A stretch of 64,000 nt of DNA from Escherichia coli (GCF_001677475.2 NZ_CP015229.1), one strand, 5' to 3'; positions 36,679 to 48,119 are shown, counted from the stretch's first letter. Numbers and translations are program-made. Notes: a model not told the origin generated them from the sequence alone.

Positions 36679-38052
36679 ATGCGCATTCATATTTTAGGAA
36701 TTTGTGGCACGTTTATGGGCGGTCTGGCGATGCTGGCGCGCCAGTTAGGCCATGAAGTAACGGGTTCGGACGCCAATGTGTATCCGCCGATGAGCACCTT
36801 ACTTGAGAAGCAAGGCATTGAACTGATTCAGGGTTACGATGCCAGCCAGCTCGACCCGCAGCCGGATCTGGTGATTATTGGCAACGCCATGACCCGTGGA
36901 AATCCGTGTGTGGAAGCGGTACTGGAAAAAAACATCCCTTATATGTCAGGTCCGCAGTGGCTGCACGATTTTGTGCTGCGCGACCGCTGGGTGCTGGCCG
37001 TTGCCGGTACACACGGCAAAACCACCACGGCGGGAATGGCGACCTGGATTCTGGAACAGTGTGGTTACAAACCGGGATTTGTGATCGGCGGTGTGCCGGG
37101 GAACTTTGAGGTTTCGGCGCGTCTGGGCGAAAGCGACTTCTTTGTTATCGAAGCGGATGAGTATGACTGCGCCTTCTTCGACAAACGCTCTAAATTTGTC
37201 CATTACTGCCCGCGTACGCTGATCCTCAACAACCTTGAGTTCGATCACGCCGATATCTTTGACGACCTGAAAGCGATCCAGAAACAGTTCCACCATCTGG
37301 TGCGTATCGTTCCGGGGCAGGGGCGTATTATCTGGCCGGAAAACGACATCAACCTGAAACAGACCATGGCGATGGGCTGCTGGAGCGAGCAGGAGCTGGT
37401 GGGCGAGCAAGGTCACTGGCAGGCGAAAAAGCTGACCACCGATGCTTCCGAATGGGAAGTCTTGCTGGATGGCGAAAAAGTGGGCGAAGTGAAATGGTCG
37501 CTGGTAGGCGAACATAATATGCACAATGGCCTGATGGCGATTGCGGCGGCTCGCCATGTTGGTGTAGCGCCGGCAGATGCCGCTAACGCGCTGGGTTCGT
37601 TTATTAATGCTCGTCGCCGTCTGGAGTTGCGTGGTGAAGCGAATGGCGTCACGGTATATGACGATTTTGCCCATCACCCGACGGCGATTCTGGCAACGCT
37701 TGCGGCGCTGCGTGGCAAAGTTGGTGGTACGGCGCGCATTATTGCTGTGCTGGAGCCGCGTTCGAATACCATGAAAATGGGGATCTGCAAAGATGATTTG
37801 GCACCGTCACTAGGTCGTGCCGATGAAGTCTTCCTGCTGCAACCGTCGCATATTCCGTGGCAGGTGGCAGAAGTGGCAGAAGCCTGCGTTCAGCCTGCAC
37901 ACTGGAGCGGCGATGTGGATACGCTGGCAGATATGGTGGTGAAAACCGCTCAGCCTGGCGACCATATTCTGGTGATGAGCAATGGCGGTTTTGGTGGGAT
38001 CCATCAGAAACTGCTGGATGGACTGGCGAAGAAGGCGGAAGCTGCGCAGTAA
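36679..38052 (+). CDS. mpl: UDP-N-acetylmuramate:L-alanyl-gamma-D-glutamyl-meso-diaminopimelate ligase (murein peptide ligase)
   Basis: 457-aa Mur-ligase-family ORF divergent from fbp. Confidence 0.93.
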
Positions 38053-38075
38053 TTCGGCTTCAGCATGATATAGCA

Positions 38076-38108
38076 TTGCCGGATAAGGCGTTTACGCCGC
38101 ATCCGGCA
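38076..38108. repeat. REP element
   Basis: TGCCGGATAAGGCGTTTACGCCGCATCCGGCA palindromic unit. Confidence 0.75.
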
Positions 38109-38134
38109 AACCATACTCACATCAACAACGAAAA

Positions 38135-38686
38135 TTACCCTTCGTTCTCCGCTAACTCGCGCAGATACTGGAAAATCTGGCGTGCGGATTTCGGCGGCTT
38201 ATTCCCTTCTTTCTCTTTCTTCGCGTTGCGGATCAGAGTACGCAGTTGCTGACGATCGGCATCGGGCCACAGATTTAATACTTCAGCGATGGCGTCATCA
38301 CCTTGATCGATCAGACGATCGCGCAGGTTTTCCAGTTTATGGAACAGTACCACCTGCTGGTTGTGACGGTTTTTCAGATTATCCAGCGCCTGACGGATCG
38401 GTTCAACATCGCGCTGGCGCAGCATCTTACCGATGAGCTGCAACTGGCGGCGGCGACCTTCCATCTTAATACGCTGGGCGAGCTCAATAGCCGCGCGCAG
38501 ATCCGCATCTAACGGGATCTTATCCAGCGCGTTTTTCCCCAGATCAACAATTTCCGCGCCAAGGCGTTTTAGCTCTTCGGCATCGCGTTTAATTTCACTT
38601 TTACTGACCCAGATAATTTCATCGTCTTCGTCTTCGATGTCATCACCGGGAACGTCGTCGAGCCAGTCTTCGGGCTGCTTAGTCAT
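38135..38686 (-). CDS. yjgA: Ribosome-associated protein YjgA (DUF615)
   Basis: 183-aa acidic/basic ORF; synteny. Confidence 0.9.
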   Translation of the reverse strand: MTKQPEDWLDDVPGDDIEDEDDEIIWVSKSEIKRDAEELKRLGAEIVDLGKNALDKIPLDADLRAAIELAQRIKMEGRRRQLQLIGKMLRQRDVEPIRQALDNLKNRHNQQVVLFHKLENLRDRLIDQGDDAIAEVLNLWPDADRQQLRTLIRNAKKEKEGNKPPKSARQIFQYLRELAENEG

Positions 38687-38779
38687 CTCAGGCTCCTTAA
38701 AAAAAGAGGCTAATGTTACCAGTTAAGATGCGCACTGAAAAACGGTTCTCTGTTAGACTTCAGAGAAACTCTCTACATT

Positions 38780-40132
38780 ATGGCACTTGCAATGAAAGTA
38801 ATCTCTCAAGTTGAAGCGCAGCGCAAGATTCTGGAAGAAGCAGTTTCCACTGCGCTGGAGTTGGCCTCAGGCAAATCGGACGGTGCGGAAGTTGCCGTCA
38901 GCAAGACCACCGGCATTAGCGTAAGCACGCGTTATGGTGAAGTGGAGAATGTTGAATTCAATAGCGATGGCGCGCTGGGGATCACTGTTTATCACCAGAA
39001 CCGCAAAGGTAGCGCATCGTCTACCGATTTAAGCCCGCAGGCCATTGCCCGCACCGTACAGGCGGCGCTGGATATTGCCCGTTATACCTCGCCAGATCCC
39101 TGTGCCGGCGTGGCAGACAAAGAGCTGCTGGCCTTTGACGCACCGGATCTCGACTTGTTCCACCCTGCGGAAGTTTCCCCTGATGAAGCCATTGAACTGG
39201 CGGCCCGCGCTGAACAGGCGGCATTGCAGGCGGACAAACGCATCACCAATACCGAAGGTGGCAGCTTTAACAGCCACTACGGTGTCAAAGTTTTTGGCAA
39301 CAGCCACGGCATGTTGCAGGGTTACTGCTCTACGCGTCATTCGCTCTCCAGCTGTGTAATTGCTGAAGAAAATGGCGATATGGAGCGTGATTACGCCTAC
39401 ACCATTGGTCGTGCGATGAGCGATCTGCAAACGCCAGAGTGGGTTGGGGCCGACTGTGCTCGCCGTACTTTATCGCGCCTGTCACCGCGTAAACTCTCCA
39501 CCATGAAAGCGCCGGTCATTTTTGCCAATGAAGTGGCAACCGGGCTTTTTGGGCATCTGGTGGGGGCGATAGCGGGTGGATCGGTTTACCGTAAATCTAC
39601 CTTCCTGCTGGATTCGCTGGGTAAACAAATTCTGCCGGACTGGCTGACCATTGAAGAGCATCCGCATCTGCTGAAAGGGCTGGCCTCTACGCCATTCGAC
39701 AGCGAAGGTGTGCGCACCGAGCGTCGCGATATTATTAAAGATGGCATTCTGACTCAGTGGCTGCTGACCAGCTACTCGGCGCGGAAACTGGGGCTGAAAA
39801 GCACCGGGCATGCGGGCGGTATTCACAACTGGCGGATTGCCGGACAAGGTCTAAGCTTCGAGCAGATGCTCAAAGAGATGGGCACCGGGCTGGTGGTGAC
39901 GGAATTGATGGGCCAGGGCGTGAGTGCAATTACCGGTGATTATTCCCGTGGTGCGGCGGGCTTCTGGGTAGAAAACGGCGAAATTCAGTATCCGGTTAGC
40001 GAAATCACCATCGCAGGTAATTTAAAAGATATGTGGCGCAATATTGTCACCGTCGGTAACGATATTGAAACACGCAGTAATATACAGTGTGGTTCTGTGC
40101 TGTTGCCGGAGATGAAAATCGCCGGGCAGTAA
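38780..40132 (+). CDS. pmbA: Metalloprotease PmbA (TldE)
   Basis: 450-aa ORF; synteny. Confidence 0.93.
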
Positions 40133-40310
40133 AAAACTGGCGCGACCTGCCGCGCTTAAACTAAAAAATTACACAAAATCATTCGCACTGCATCGAGACG
40201 GAAAGTGAATGAGAGCCGGGGAGCGTACTCGTAGTACGTGACTCGGGCGAATGAGCGTAGCCGTCGATGAGGTGGTGTGAAGGATGAAGTGTAAATAAAA
40301 AAGGAAGTGA

Positions 40311-40700
<390 letters not shown>

Positions 40701-40744
40701 TTCCTTATTTCCCTGTTGCCTGCACTCAGGTAACAGGGAACTTA

Positions 40745-41209
40745 TCATCGCAAATGATGCACCACCTGATTGCTGCTGCCGCGCCAGATCAGGGAAGGGT
40801 CTTTTAAATCCTGCACAAATTTGCCGTCGACCAGCACGTTAATCAAATCAACAACCTGCATTTGCGCAGCGTTGAGTTCGTCGAGTTTATACCCTGTCCA
40901 CACCCAGATGTCTTTACCCGGACACTCGGCGCGGATGCGTTGTACCAGTTTCAGAATATCCGGCACGTTTTGCGGATGCAGCGGATCGCCGCCGGAGAGG
41001 GAAATCCCCTGGCGTTTGATGCGAGTGTCATTCAGATCGTTAATGATCTGGTCTTCCATTGCTTTGGTAAATGGCTGACCGGAATTTACCCGCCAGGTGC
41101 TTTTGTTATAGCAACCGGGGCATTCATGAACACACCCGGAGACAAACAGGGTGCAGCGAGTGCCGGGGCCGTTGACGATGTCGACAGGATAGTACTGATG
41201 AAAGTTCAT
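40745..41209 (-). CDS. nrdG: Anaerobic ribonucleoside-triphosphate reductase activating protein (radical SAM)
   Basis: 154-aa ORF with a CxxxCxxC-type cysteine cluster. Confidence 0.93.
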   Translation of the reverse strand: MNFHQYYPVDIVNGPGTRCTLFVSGCVHECPGCYNKSTWRVNSGQPFTKAMEDQIINDLNDTRIKRQGISLSGGDPLHPQNVPDILKLVQRIRAECPGKDIWVWTGYKLDELNAAQMQVVDLINVLVDGKFVQDLKDPSLIWRGSSNQVVHHLR

Positions 41210-41349
41210 TTTCGCTTCTCAATTGACGCCATGACTGCTCTGGTGCGTACGGGCGAAGTCCCCCGATGCTACGCATTTGCCTCCTTGCGACGACAAAAAC
41301 TGGCCAGAGGCAATTCATTATGTCGGGAATCAGGAAGGGGCACGAAACG

Positions 41350-41389
41350 GTCCCCTCTCCCTTGAGGGAGAGGGTTAGGATGAGGGTGG
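41350..41389. repeat. GC-rich hairpin repeat, copy 2 (TCCCCTCTCCCTTGAGGGAGAGGGTTAGGATGAGGGTGG)
   Basis: Near-identical to the element at 31840..31879; contains a 9-bp perfect stem CCCTCTCCC/GGGAGAGGG; lies between nrdD and nrdG. Confidence 0.6.
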
Positions 41390-41394
41390 AAGGA

Positions 41395-43533
41395 TTAACC
41401 TATCTGCCCATTTCCCAAATGTTTAACGCGGCGCTTAACTTCTTCCTGCTTACCAGCGTTAAACGGACGTGCATCCGGGCTACCTAAATATCCGCACACG
41501 CGGCGAGTCACCGACACACGGGAGGCGTCATGGTTACCACATTTCGGGCAAGTGAAGCCTTTGCTGGTGCACTCGAACTCGCCAGTAAAGCCACACTCGT
41601 AGCACTCATCGATCGGCGTATTGGTGCCGTAATACGGTACATGCTGATAGCTGTAATCCCAGACATCTTCCAGCGCCTTCAGGTTGTGCTGAATGTTTGG
41701 ATACTCGCCGTAGCAAATGAAACCACCGTTCGCCAGCGGCGGGTAAGGCGCTTCAAAGTCGATCTTGTCGTACGGGTTCACCTTCTTCTCCACATCGAGG
41801 TGGAAACTGTTGGTGTAGTAACCTTTATCGGTTACGCCCGGCACCACGCCAAACTCAGCAGTATCGAGACGGCAGAAGCGGTCGCACAGGTTTTCACTTG
41901 GCGTGCTGTAGAGACTGAAACCATAACCCGTTTCTTCTTTCCACTGATCCACTGCCTGACGCAGACGTTCAACAATCGCGATACCTTTCGCGCGAAGCTG
42001 CTCGTTGTCGTAAACATGTTCGCCGCCGAACAGCGCGTTAATGGTTTCGTGGATGCCGATGTAACCCAGCGAAATAGACGCACGACCGTTTTTGAAGATT
42101 TCAGAAACGTCGTCGTCAGCATTCAGACGCACGCCACAAGCGCCTTCCATATAGAGGATCGGGGCTACGCGCGCTTTCACGCCTTCGAGACGAGCGATAC
42201 GGGTCATCAGTGCCTTACGTGCCAGCACCAGACGTTCATCCAGCAGCTTCCAGAAGGTGGCTTCATCGCCTTTTGCTTCCAGAGCAATACGCGGCAGGTT
42301 CAGGCTGATCACGCCGAGGTTGTTACGACCATCGTGGATCTGCTCGCCGTTTTCATTTTCCCACACGCCGAGGAAGCTGCGGCAGCCCATCGGGGTTTTA
42401 AACGAACCGGTGACTTTCACTACCTGATCGTAGTTCAGGATATCCGGATACATGCGCTTGCTTGCGCACTCCAGCGCCAGCTGTTTGATGTCGTAGTTCG
42501 GATCGCCTTTTTTATGGTTCAGGCCATCGCGAATCGCAAACACCAGTTTCGGGAACACCGCCGTTTTACGGTTTTTACCGAGGCCGGCGATACGGTTACG
42601 CAGGATAGATTCCTGAATCAGGCGCGACTCCCAGCTGGTGCCCAGACCAAAACCAAAGGTTACAAACGGCGTTTGACCGTTGGCGGTATGCAGGGTGTTT
42701 ACTTCGTACTCCAGCGACTGGAAGGCATCGTAGCACTCTTTGATGGTACGAGAGTTAGCGTAGCCTTCGGCGTCCGGGATGTTCCACTCTTCCGCGGTCT
42801 TGCGATGTTTGTTGTAGCTGGCGGTGACAAATGGTGCCAGCACTTCATCGATACGGTTAATGGTGGTGCCGCCATAAATATGGCTGGCAACCTGAGCAAT
42901 AATCTGCGCAGTTACAGCGGTTGCCGTAGAGATCGACTTCGGCGGTTCAATCTCGGCGTTCCCCATTTTAAAGCCCTGGGTCAGCATGCCTTTCAGGTCG
43001 ATCAACATGCAGTTGAACATCGGGAAGAACGGCGAGTAATCGAGATCGTGATAGTGAATATCGCCACGCTCATGTGCCTGCACCACGTCACGCGGCAGCA
43101 GGTGCTGGCGTGCATAGTGTTTAGCCACGATCCCGGCCAGCAGGTCGCGCTGGGTTGGAATCACCTTGCTGTCTTTGTTGGCGTTTTCGTTGAGTAACGA
43201 GGAGTTGGTCTGCTCGACCAGACCACGGATCTCCTGGTTCAGGCGACCGCGTTTTTCACGTTCAATGTCGCGATCGTGACGGTACTCGATGTAAGCACGA
43301 GCCAGTTGTTTGTATGGACCTGACATCAGCTGGTTTTCAACTGCGGTCTGGATCTCATTGATATCCACTTGGTTGCGGCCCTGCATCTGCTCGCTGACAA
43401 CCGCGGCAACAGTGGCGCAATAATCGGCATCATCGACTTCCGCTGCTTTAGCTGCACGCAGAATCGCTTCTTTGATGCGCTCTGATTTAAACGGCACTTT
43501 GCAGCCGTCTCGTTTCATCACATGCGGTGTCAT
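41395..43533 (-). CDS. nrdD: Anaerobic ribonucleoside-triphosphate reductase (class III RNR)
   Basis: 712-aa ORF with C-terminal glycyl-radical region and CxxC zinc ribbon. Confidence 0.95.
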   Translation of the reverse strand: MTPHVMKRDGCKVPFKSERIKEAILRAAKAAEVDDADYCATVAAVVSEQMQGRNQVDINEIQTAVENQLMSGPYKQLARAYIEYRHDRDIEREKRGRLNQEIRGLVEQTNSSLLNENANKDSKVIPTQRDLLAGIVAKHYARQHLLPRDVVQAHERGDIHYHDLDYSPFFPMFNCMLIDLKGMLTQGFKMGNAEIEPPKSISTATAVTAQIIAQVASHIYGGTTINRIDEVLAPFVTASYNKHRKTAEEWNIPDAEGYANSRTIKECYDAFQSLEYEVNTLHTANGQTPFVTFGFGLGTSWESRLIQESILRNRIAGLGKNRKTAVFPKLVFAIRDGLNHKKGDPNYDIKQLALECASKRMYPDILNYDQVVKVTGSFKTPMGCRSFLGVWENENGEQIHDGRNNLGVISLNLPRIALEAKGDEATFWKLLDERLVLARKALMTRIARLEGVKARVAPILYMEGACGVRLNADDDVSEIFKNGRASISLGYIGIHETINALFGGEHVYDNEQLRAKGIAIVERLRQAVDQWKEETGYGFSLYSTPSENLCDRFCRLDTAEFGVVPGVTDKGYYTNSFHLDVEKKVNPYDKIDFEAPYPPLANGGFICYGEYPNIQHNLKALEDVWDYSYQHVPYYGTNTPIDECYECGFTGEFECTSKGFTCPKCGNHDASRVSVTRRVCGYLGSPDARPFNAGKQEEVKRRVKHLGNGQIG

Positions 43534-43768
43534 GATCGCTCCATATTTTTAAGAACAGGTTATCCACAGAAATTGGGAAAGGCGTTTTCCGGTTTTTTTG
43601 TTTCGTTTTCCGGTGCTTTCCGCAATCGCCATCCGCTTATCCACAACGCCGCACCTTTTTCGTGGGGAGCTGTAGTAGCAATTATAGTCGATTAATACAA
43701 CATATTGGGTTGGGACGCATTTTAAAGTCTATATATAGTGCTTTGCATCAAGGATGTTTGAACTTTTT

Positions 43769-43782
43769 TTGATGTAGCTCAA
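43769..43782. promoter_or_regulatory. Candidate FNR binding site TTGAT-gtag-CTCAA in the nrdDG promoter region
   Basis: 9/10 match to the FNR consensus TTGAT-N4-ATCAA upstream of an anaerobically induced operon. Confidence 0.45.
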
Positions 43783-43926
43783 AGTAAAAAGCAGAGCGTA
43801 CGGATGACGGGCGCTACAGCGATATGTAAATTTTTTAATGAATTTTTTGATTATAAAATCAACAAAAACAACATACTGACAGGCAAAACCCCGGAATGAC
43901 AGGCATTACCGGGGCTTAGGGAAGAT

Positions 43927-45582
43927 TTACTTCTGTAACCACCAGACAGCCTCAAAAGGCCGTAAATTCATGGCACAGGGTTGTGGTGAGGCTTCTTCGT
44001 AGTTATGCATCACAAGCTGCCAGTTGCCGCGCATTTGCCCTGGCTGCCAGGGTTGGATCTCACGGCTAAGGTTGGCAATGACCAGCAAGGTTTGTCCCTT
44101 CCATTCACGGCGATAGCACCACAATACAGGGCTGTTTGGCAGCAGATCCTGGTAATTACCCCATGTCAGAACGGCTTCTTGCTTACGCAGTGCGATTAAC
44201 TTTTGGTAGGTGTAAAACACCGAGGACTCATCGGCCAGCGCGGCTTCTACGTTGATTTGTTGATAGTTATCGCCCAGGCCAATCCACGGTTCGCCAGCCG
44301 TAAACCCGGCATTATCGCCGTTGCTCCATTGCATGGGCGTGCGGCTGTTGTCACGGGATTTACTGGCGAGGATTGCCAATAACTCGTCGGCATCACGCCC
44401 ATCGTTGCGCAGCTCGGCAAACATATTGAGGCTCTCTACGTCGCGATAGTCAGTAATGCGCGTGAAATGCGGGTTGGTCATGCCAATCTCTTCGCCCTGG
44501 TAGATATACGGCGTTCCCTGCATGCCATGCAGCACCATCGCCAGCATTTTTGCCGCAGGCACGCGGTATTCACCTTCATCACCAAAGCGAGAAACAATGC
44601 GCGGCTGATCGTGGTTACACCAGAACAAGGCATTCCATGCCACGTTGTGCATTCCTTGTTGCCAGTGGCGGAACAATGTTTTCAACGCCACAAAGTCAGG
44701 TTTAGCCAGCGTCCATTTTTCACCGCCTGGATAATCGACCTTCAGGTGATGAAAATTAAAGGTCATCGACAATTCACTACCTGTCAGAGCCGCGTATCGC
44801 TGGCAATGCTCAAGGCTGGTGGAGGACATTTCACCTACGGTCATTAACCCGCGTGGCGTAAACACATCGCGGTTCATCTCGTGCAAAAACTCGTGTGCTC
44901 GTGGCCCGTCAGTGTAGAAGCGACGCCCGTCGCCATCCAGGTCTTCAGGGAAACGCGGGTCTTTGGAGATCAGATTCACCACATCCAGGCGCAACCCGTC
45001 GACCCCACGATCGGCCCAGAAATCACAGACTTTTTTCAGCTCTGCGCGTACCGCTGGATTCTCCCAGTTGAGATCCGCCTGTTCTGGTGCAAAGAGATGC
45101 AAATAGTACTGTTCGCTTTCCGCATGCCAGCGCCACGCACTACCGCCAAATTTTGAACGCCAGTTGTTCGGTGGCGTTTCTGGTTCGCCATCGCGCCAGA
45201 TATAAAACTGGCGGTAAGGGCTTTCTTTGTTCAGCGCCTCGCGAAACCAGGCATGTTGGGTAGAGGTATGGTTAAACACCATATCGAGAATGATACGAAT
45301 CCCGCGCGATTTTGCCTGCGTCACCAGTTCGTCAAAATCGTCCAGCGTGCCGTAGGTGGGATCAATCGCCGTATAGTTCGCTACATCGTAACCGTTATCG
45401 ACCTGCGGAGAGACATAAAAGGGGGTTAGCCAGATGGCATCAACGCCCAGTTTATGCAGATAGTCCAGGCGTTGGATAACGCCACGTAAATCGCCGGTGC
45501 CGCTACCCGTGGTGTCCTGAAAACTCTTTGGATAAATCTGGTAGATAACGCCGTTTTGCCACCAGTGGGGAAGATGAGTCAT
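43927..45582 (-). CDS. treC: Trehalose-6-phosphate hydrolase
   Basis: 551-aa GH13 ORF from MTHLPHWWQNGVIYQIYPKSF. Confidence 0.93.
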   Translation of the reverse strand: MTHLPHWWQNGVIYQIYPKSFQDTTGSGTGDLRGVIQRLDYLHKLGVDAIWLTPFYVSPQVDNGYDVANYTAIDPTYGTLDDFDELVTQAKSRGIRIILDMVFNHTSTQHAWFREALNKESPYRQFYIWRDGEPETPPNNWRSKFGGSAWRWHAESEQYYLHLFAPEQADLNWENPAVRAELKKVCDFWADRGVDGLRLDVVNLISKDPRFPEDLDGDGRRFYTDGPRAHEFLHEMNRDVFTPRGLMTVGEMSSTSLEHCQRYAALTGSELSMTFNFHHLKVDYPGGEKWTLAKPDFVALKTLFRHWQQGMHNVAWNALFWCNHDQPRIVSRFGDEGEYRVPAAKMLAMVLHGMQGTPYIYQGEEIGMTNPHFTRITDYRDVESLNMFAELRNDGRDADELLAILASKSRDNSRTPMQWSNGDNAGFTAGEPWIGLGDNYQQINVEAALADESSVFYTYQKLIALRKQEAVLTWGNYQDLLPNSPVLWCYRREWKGQTLLVIANLSREIQPWQPGQMRGNWQLVMHNYEEASPQPCAMNLRPFEAVWWLQK

Positions 45583-45631
45583 TACGTTATTCCTGCAAAT
45601 GCGAGGGGGCGCAATTGCGCCCCGAAGAAAA

Positions 45632-47053
45632 TTAAACAATGTCCAGCGTGCCCAGGCGGTATTTCCGCTGATAGATAAACGAGGTGAGTACAATCGGGAT
45701 GATGATGGCGATAGCCATTGCCAGCGCAAACACCTGCCAGTAGCTCGGTTGAATCGAGAGAATTCCCGGCAGGCCGCCTACGCCGATGCCATTCGCCATA
45801 ACGCCGTTCAGGCCGCAGAGCAATCCTGCCAGACCAGAACCAATCATCGCGCACAGCATCGGGAAGCGATATTTCAGGTTGATGCCGTACATTGCAGGCT
45901 CAGTGACCCCAAGCCAGGCGGAGATCGCCGCAGGCACGGAGATCTCGCGTTCATTGTGCTTGCGGCTGGAAATGATAATGCCTATCACGGCGGAGCCCTG
46001 AGCGATATTCGACAGCGCAATCAGCGGCCACACTGGCGTACCACCCATGCTTTGAATCATCTGCAAATCAATAGCAAGCGTGGTCTGGTGTACCCCGGTG
46101 ATCACCAGCGGGGCGTACAGGAAGCCAAACAATGCCGCGCCAATCGGAGCAAAGCTGCCGGTCATCAGGTGACGGACCGCAAAGGCAACCCCATCGCCAA
46201 TCATGCGCCCAAACGGACCAATCAGTGCATGGGCGAGGAACACCGCGAGGATCAGCGAACAGACGGGCACCACCACCAGATAGAGGTAATCCGGCACGAT
46301 GCGTTTAAGGCGAGTTTCAATAACGCCCAGCGCCAACCCGGCTAACAGTGCCGGGATCACCTGCGCCTGATAGCCCACTTTAGCGATGCTGAACATGCCA
46401 AAGTCCCACACTTCCGGCAGCTGCTGCCCGAGCAGATAAGCGTTCATCAGCTGTGGAGAAACCAGCGTTACGCCAAGCACGATACCAAGGATCGGCGTGC
46501 CGCCCATTTTTTTCACCGCGGACCAGCAAATCCCGACCGGCAGGTAGAAGAAGATCGCTTCACCGATCAACCACAGAAAATCGTAGATCGTTTGCAGGGA
46601 AGGGTACATTTGTGCCAGCGTTTGACCGTTGCTCATGGGCAAATCGCCGATCACATTGCGAAAACCGAGGATCAAACCGCCGCTAATCAACGCGGGCAGC
46701 AACGGGAAGAAGATCTCCGCGAAATGAGAGATCAACTGCTCATGCCATTTCATATTCTGCCGGGCGGCTTTTTTTACCTGCTCTTTATCAACCTGCGCCT
46801 GTCCGGTTGACGCTATCAGTGCTTGATAGTAATCACCCACGTTGGTGCCAATCACCACCTGAAATTGCCCGGCATTGGTGAAACAGCCTTTCACCATGGG
46901 GAGTTGCTCAATTTCTTTCGGTCTGGCATTGGCCGGTTGGTTGAGGACAAAGCGCAGACGAGTAATACAGTGGCTCACCGTCGCAATATTGCCGCGCCCG
47001 CCGACCAGTTCAATCAACCGATCGATATCCGTTTGGTTTATTTTGCTCATCAT
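45632..47053 (-). CDS. treB: PTS trehalose-specific EIIBC component
   Basis: 473-aa ORF with N-terminal EIIB cysteine motif and a membrane domain. Confidence 0.93.
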   Translation of the reverse strand: MMSKINQTDIDRLIELVGGRGNIATVSHCITRLRFVLNQPANARPKEIEQLPMVKGCFTNAGQFQVVIGTNVGDYYQALIASTGQAQVDKEQVKKAARQNMKWHEQLISHFAEIFFPLLPALISGGLILGFRNVIGDLPMSNGQTLAQMYPSLQTIYDFLWLIGEAIFFYLPVGICWSAVKKMGGTPILGIVLGVTLVSPQLMNAYLLGQQLPEVWDFGMFSIAKVGYQAQVIPALLAGLALGVIETRLKRIVPDYLYLVVVPVCSLILAVFLAHALIGPFGRMIGDGVAFAVRHLMTGSFAPIGAALFGFLYAPLVITGVHQTTLAIDLQMIQSMGGTPVWPLIALSNIAQGSAVIGIIISSRKHNEREISVPAAISAWLGVTEPAMYGINLKYRFPMLCAMIGSGLAGLLCGLNGVMANGIGVGGLPGILSIQPSYWQVFALAMAIAIIIPIVLTSFIYQRKYRLGTLDIV

Positions 47054-47118
47054 AAAGCCCCATGGCAGATGACATTTTTGGTTGGCTGCAGAATATATTG
47101 CGCTGAAAAATTTAAAAA

Positions 47119-47132
47119 CGGGAACGTTCCCG
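47119..47132. promoter_or_regulatory. Candidate TreR operator (palindrome CGGGAACGTTCCCG) in the treB promoter
   Basis: Perfect 14-bp LacI-family-type palindrome about 65 bp upstream of the treB start. Confidence 0.6.
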
Positions 47133-47171
47133 AAACGCAGCGAAGATCACAATTTATCGTTCAGGAAACGA

Positions 47172-48119
47172 TCAGGACAGGGTGGCGGGGATGATGATTT
47201 GTTGCGGTTCGCTGCGCCCGGTTACCTGCGCGATCAACTGGCAGGCCGCCTGGCGTCCAGCTTCGGCGTAACCGGGATCTACGGTGACGATCTCCGGATG
47301 GAGGAATTTCATTAACGGCGTATTACCGACGCTCGCTAGTTGCAAGGTGTCGATGCGTTGCTCTTGCAGGTATTTACTTGCACCAAGTGCCAGCGTGTCG
47401 GTTGCGCACAGTAAGGCGGTAGTTTCAGGCGTAATCACTTTTGCTACGTTCTCATAGCCTTGCTTCATAGCAAGGCCTGGCAGGGCGGCAACGGGATGCA
47501 GTTTATGCGCTTTGCAGAACGCCAGGTAGGCTTCGTGACGTCGCTTACCGGTCGTCACGTCACAGTGCGGCACGCCGAGATAACTGATATTACGATGCCC
47601 CTGGTCATACAGCCGTTGCATCAGGATCTTGATTGCCCCTTCGTCGTCATAACAGACCGAAGCAAAGCCTTTTGCGTCACGCGCCAGCAGAACCAGCGAT
47701 GACTGCCAGTGGGTTAACATTTCTTCTGTTATGCCAGTAAAACCGAACAGCACTACGCCGTCGATATTACGCCGTTTCAGCACCCCCAAATGTTCGGCAA
47801 CTAATTGCGGGGAAAACTGACTTTCCATCATGATTGGATCGTAACCTTGTTCATAGAACGCTGGCAGCATGGTTTGAACGGCGAGATTTTCTGACAACGA
47901 ATCCAGGCGGGTAACAATGATGGCGACCACTTTATCGCTTTGCCCACGCATAGCGCGTGCAGAGCGGGAAGGGGAAAATCCATGCTGATTCATCACTGCT
48001 TCAACACGCTCGCGGGTGCGCTGGCTCACGCCGCTTTCGTTATTCAGCACCCGGGAAACTGTAGATTTCCCCACGCCGCTTAAGCGCGCGATGTCTTTGA
48101 TGGTCAGCCGATTTTGCAT
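47172..48119 (-). CDS. treR: Trehalose operon repressor (LacI family)
   Basis: 315-aa ORF with N-terminal HTH. Confidence 0.93.
   Translation of the reverse strand: MQNRLTIKDIARLSGVGKSTVSRVLNNESGVSQRTRERVEAVMNQHGFSPSRSARAMRGQSDKVVAIIVTRLDSLSENLAVQTMLPAFYEQGYDPIMMESQFSPQLVAEHLGVLKRRNIDGVVLFGFTGITEEMLTHWQSSLVLLARDAKGFASVCYDDEGAIKILMQRLYDQGHRNISYLGVPHCDVTTGKRRHEAYLAFCKAHKLHPVAALPGLAMKQGYENVAKVITPETTALLCATDTLALGASKYLQEQRIDTLQLASVGNTPLMKFLHPEIVTVDPGYAEAGRQAACQLIAQVTGRSEPQQIIIPATLS

Noticed and set aside
36946-37677. 243-aa ORF antisense to mpl
   Set aside because: Embedded in mpl; no motifs, typical shadow ORF
41530-43197. 555-aa plus-strand ORF antisense to nrdD
   Set aside because: Completely embedded in nrdD on the opposite strand; the translation is low-complexity and Arg-rich with no recognisable motifs
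43847-43862. TTGAT-N6-ATCAA as a second FNR site upstream of nrdD
   Set aside because: The half-site spacing is 6 bp rather than the canonical 4, so it is kept only as a note within the nrdDG finding
45599-46345. 248-aa ORF antisense to treB
   Set aside because: Embedded in the treB coding region; Arg/His-rich low-complexity translation
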